64,000 nucleotides of DNA from a virus, in IMG/VR virus record IMGVR_UViG_3300021197_001602, positions 1-64,000 of that record; one strand, written 5' to 3'. A model generated the notes under the pieces. The model had not been told where the DNA came from. It searched no databases and was given only the letters and a program-made list of their open reading frames with translations. The translations under genes and the position numbers were made by a program. How positions within the stretch are numbered: position 1 is the stretch's first letter; every line of letters starts with the position of its first letter. Positions 63,999 through 64,000 of this stretch are shown here, in pieces.

Positions 63999-64000
63999 AA

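Noticed and set aside
1-64000. Alternative genetic code or stop-codon reassignment
   Set aside because: Standard code gives full-length, densely packed genes, and TAA, TAG and TGA all serve as stops

Overview
This is a 64-kb segment of a large lytic myovirus (Caudoviricetes) with a T4-like head and tail protein set. Essentially all credible genes lie on the + strand. The order is: (1) a morphogenesis module (scaffold, gp23-like major capsid, neck, enlarged tail sheath, tube, tail chaperone with a probable frameshift, tape measure, baseplate; ~0.7-22.6 kb); (2) a replication, nucleotide and proteostasis module with sigma70-type promoters (minimal family-A polymerase, tubulin/FtsZ-like GTPase, gp32-like SSB, FKBP, RecA/UvsX, deaminase, 5'-3' exonuclease, DnaB-like helicase, class II RNR, GroES, lytic transglycosylase, DnaE, dUTPase, IMPDH/GMPR, ClpP, GroEL, glutaredoxin, Mom-like protein); and (3) an accessory region from 53.6 kb. 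The best candidate for an undescribed system is a set of unrelated proteins (GNAT-like, papain/transglutaminase-like, ART/Tpt1-like, KOW-containing, probably also a P-loop kinase and a PD-(D/E)xK-like nuclease) that share an N-terminal tag, MKxLxxxWRxYLxE. This looks like a capsid-targeting and processing signal for a virion-delivered effector set. Other highlights are a thrice-repeated, covarying, pseudoknot-like intergenic element between ssb and recA, an unannotated 10-Cys 31-aa peptide, a recurrent ACTATTTA motif (reverse complement of the T4 late promoter), myxobacterial-style lipoproteins that hint at the host, and apparent avoidance of several 4-bp palindromes. All calls come from reading motifs by eye; no database search was run. 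I found no tRNA, rRNA, CRISPR array or integrase.
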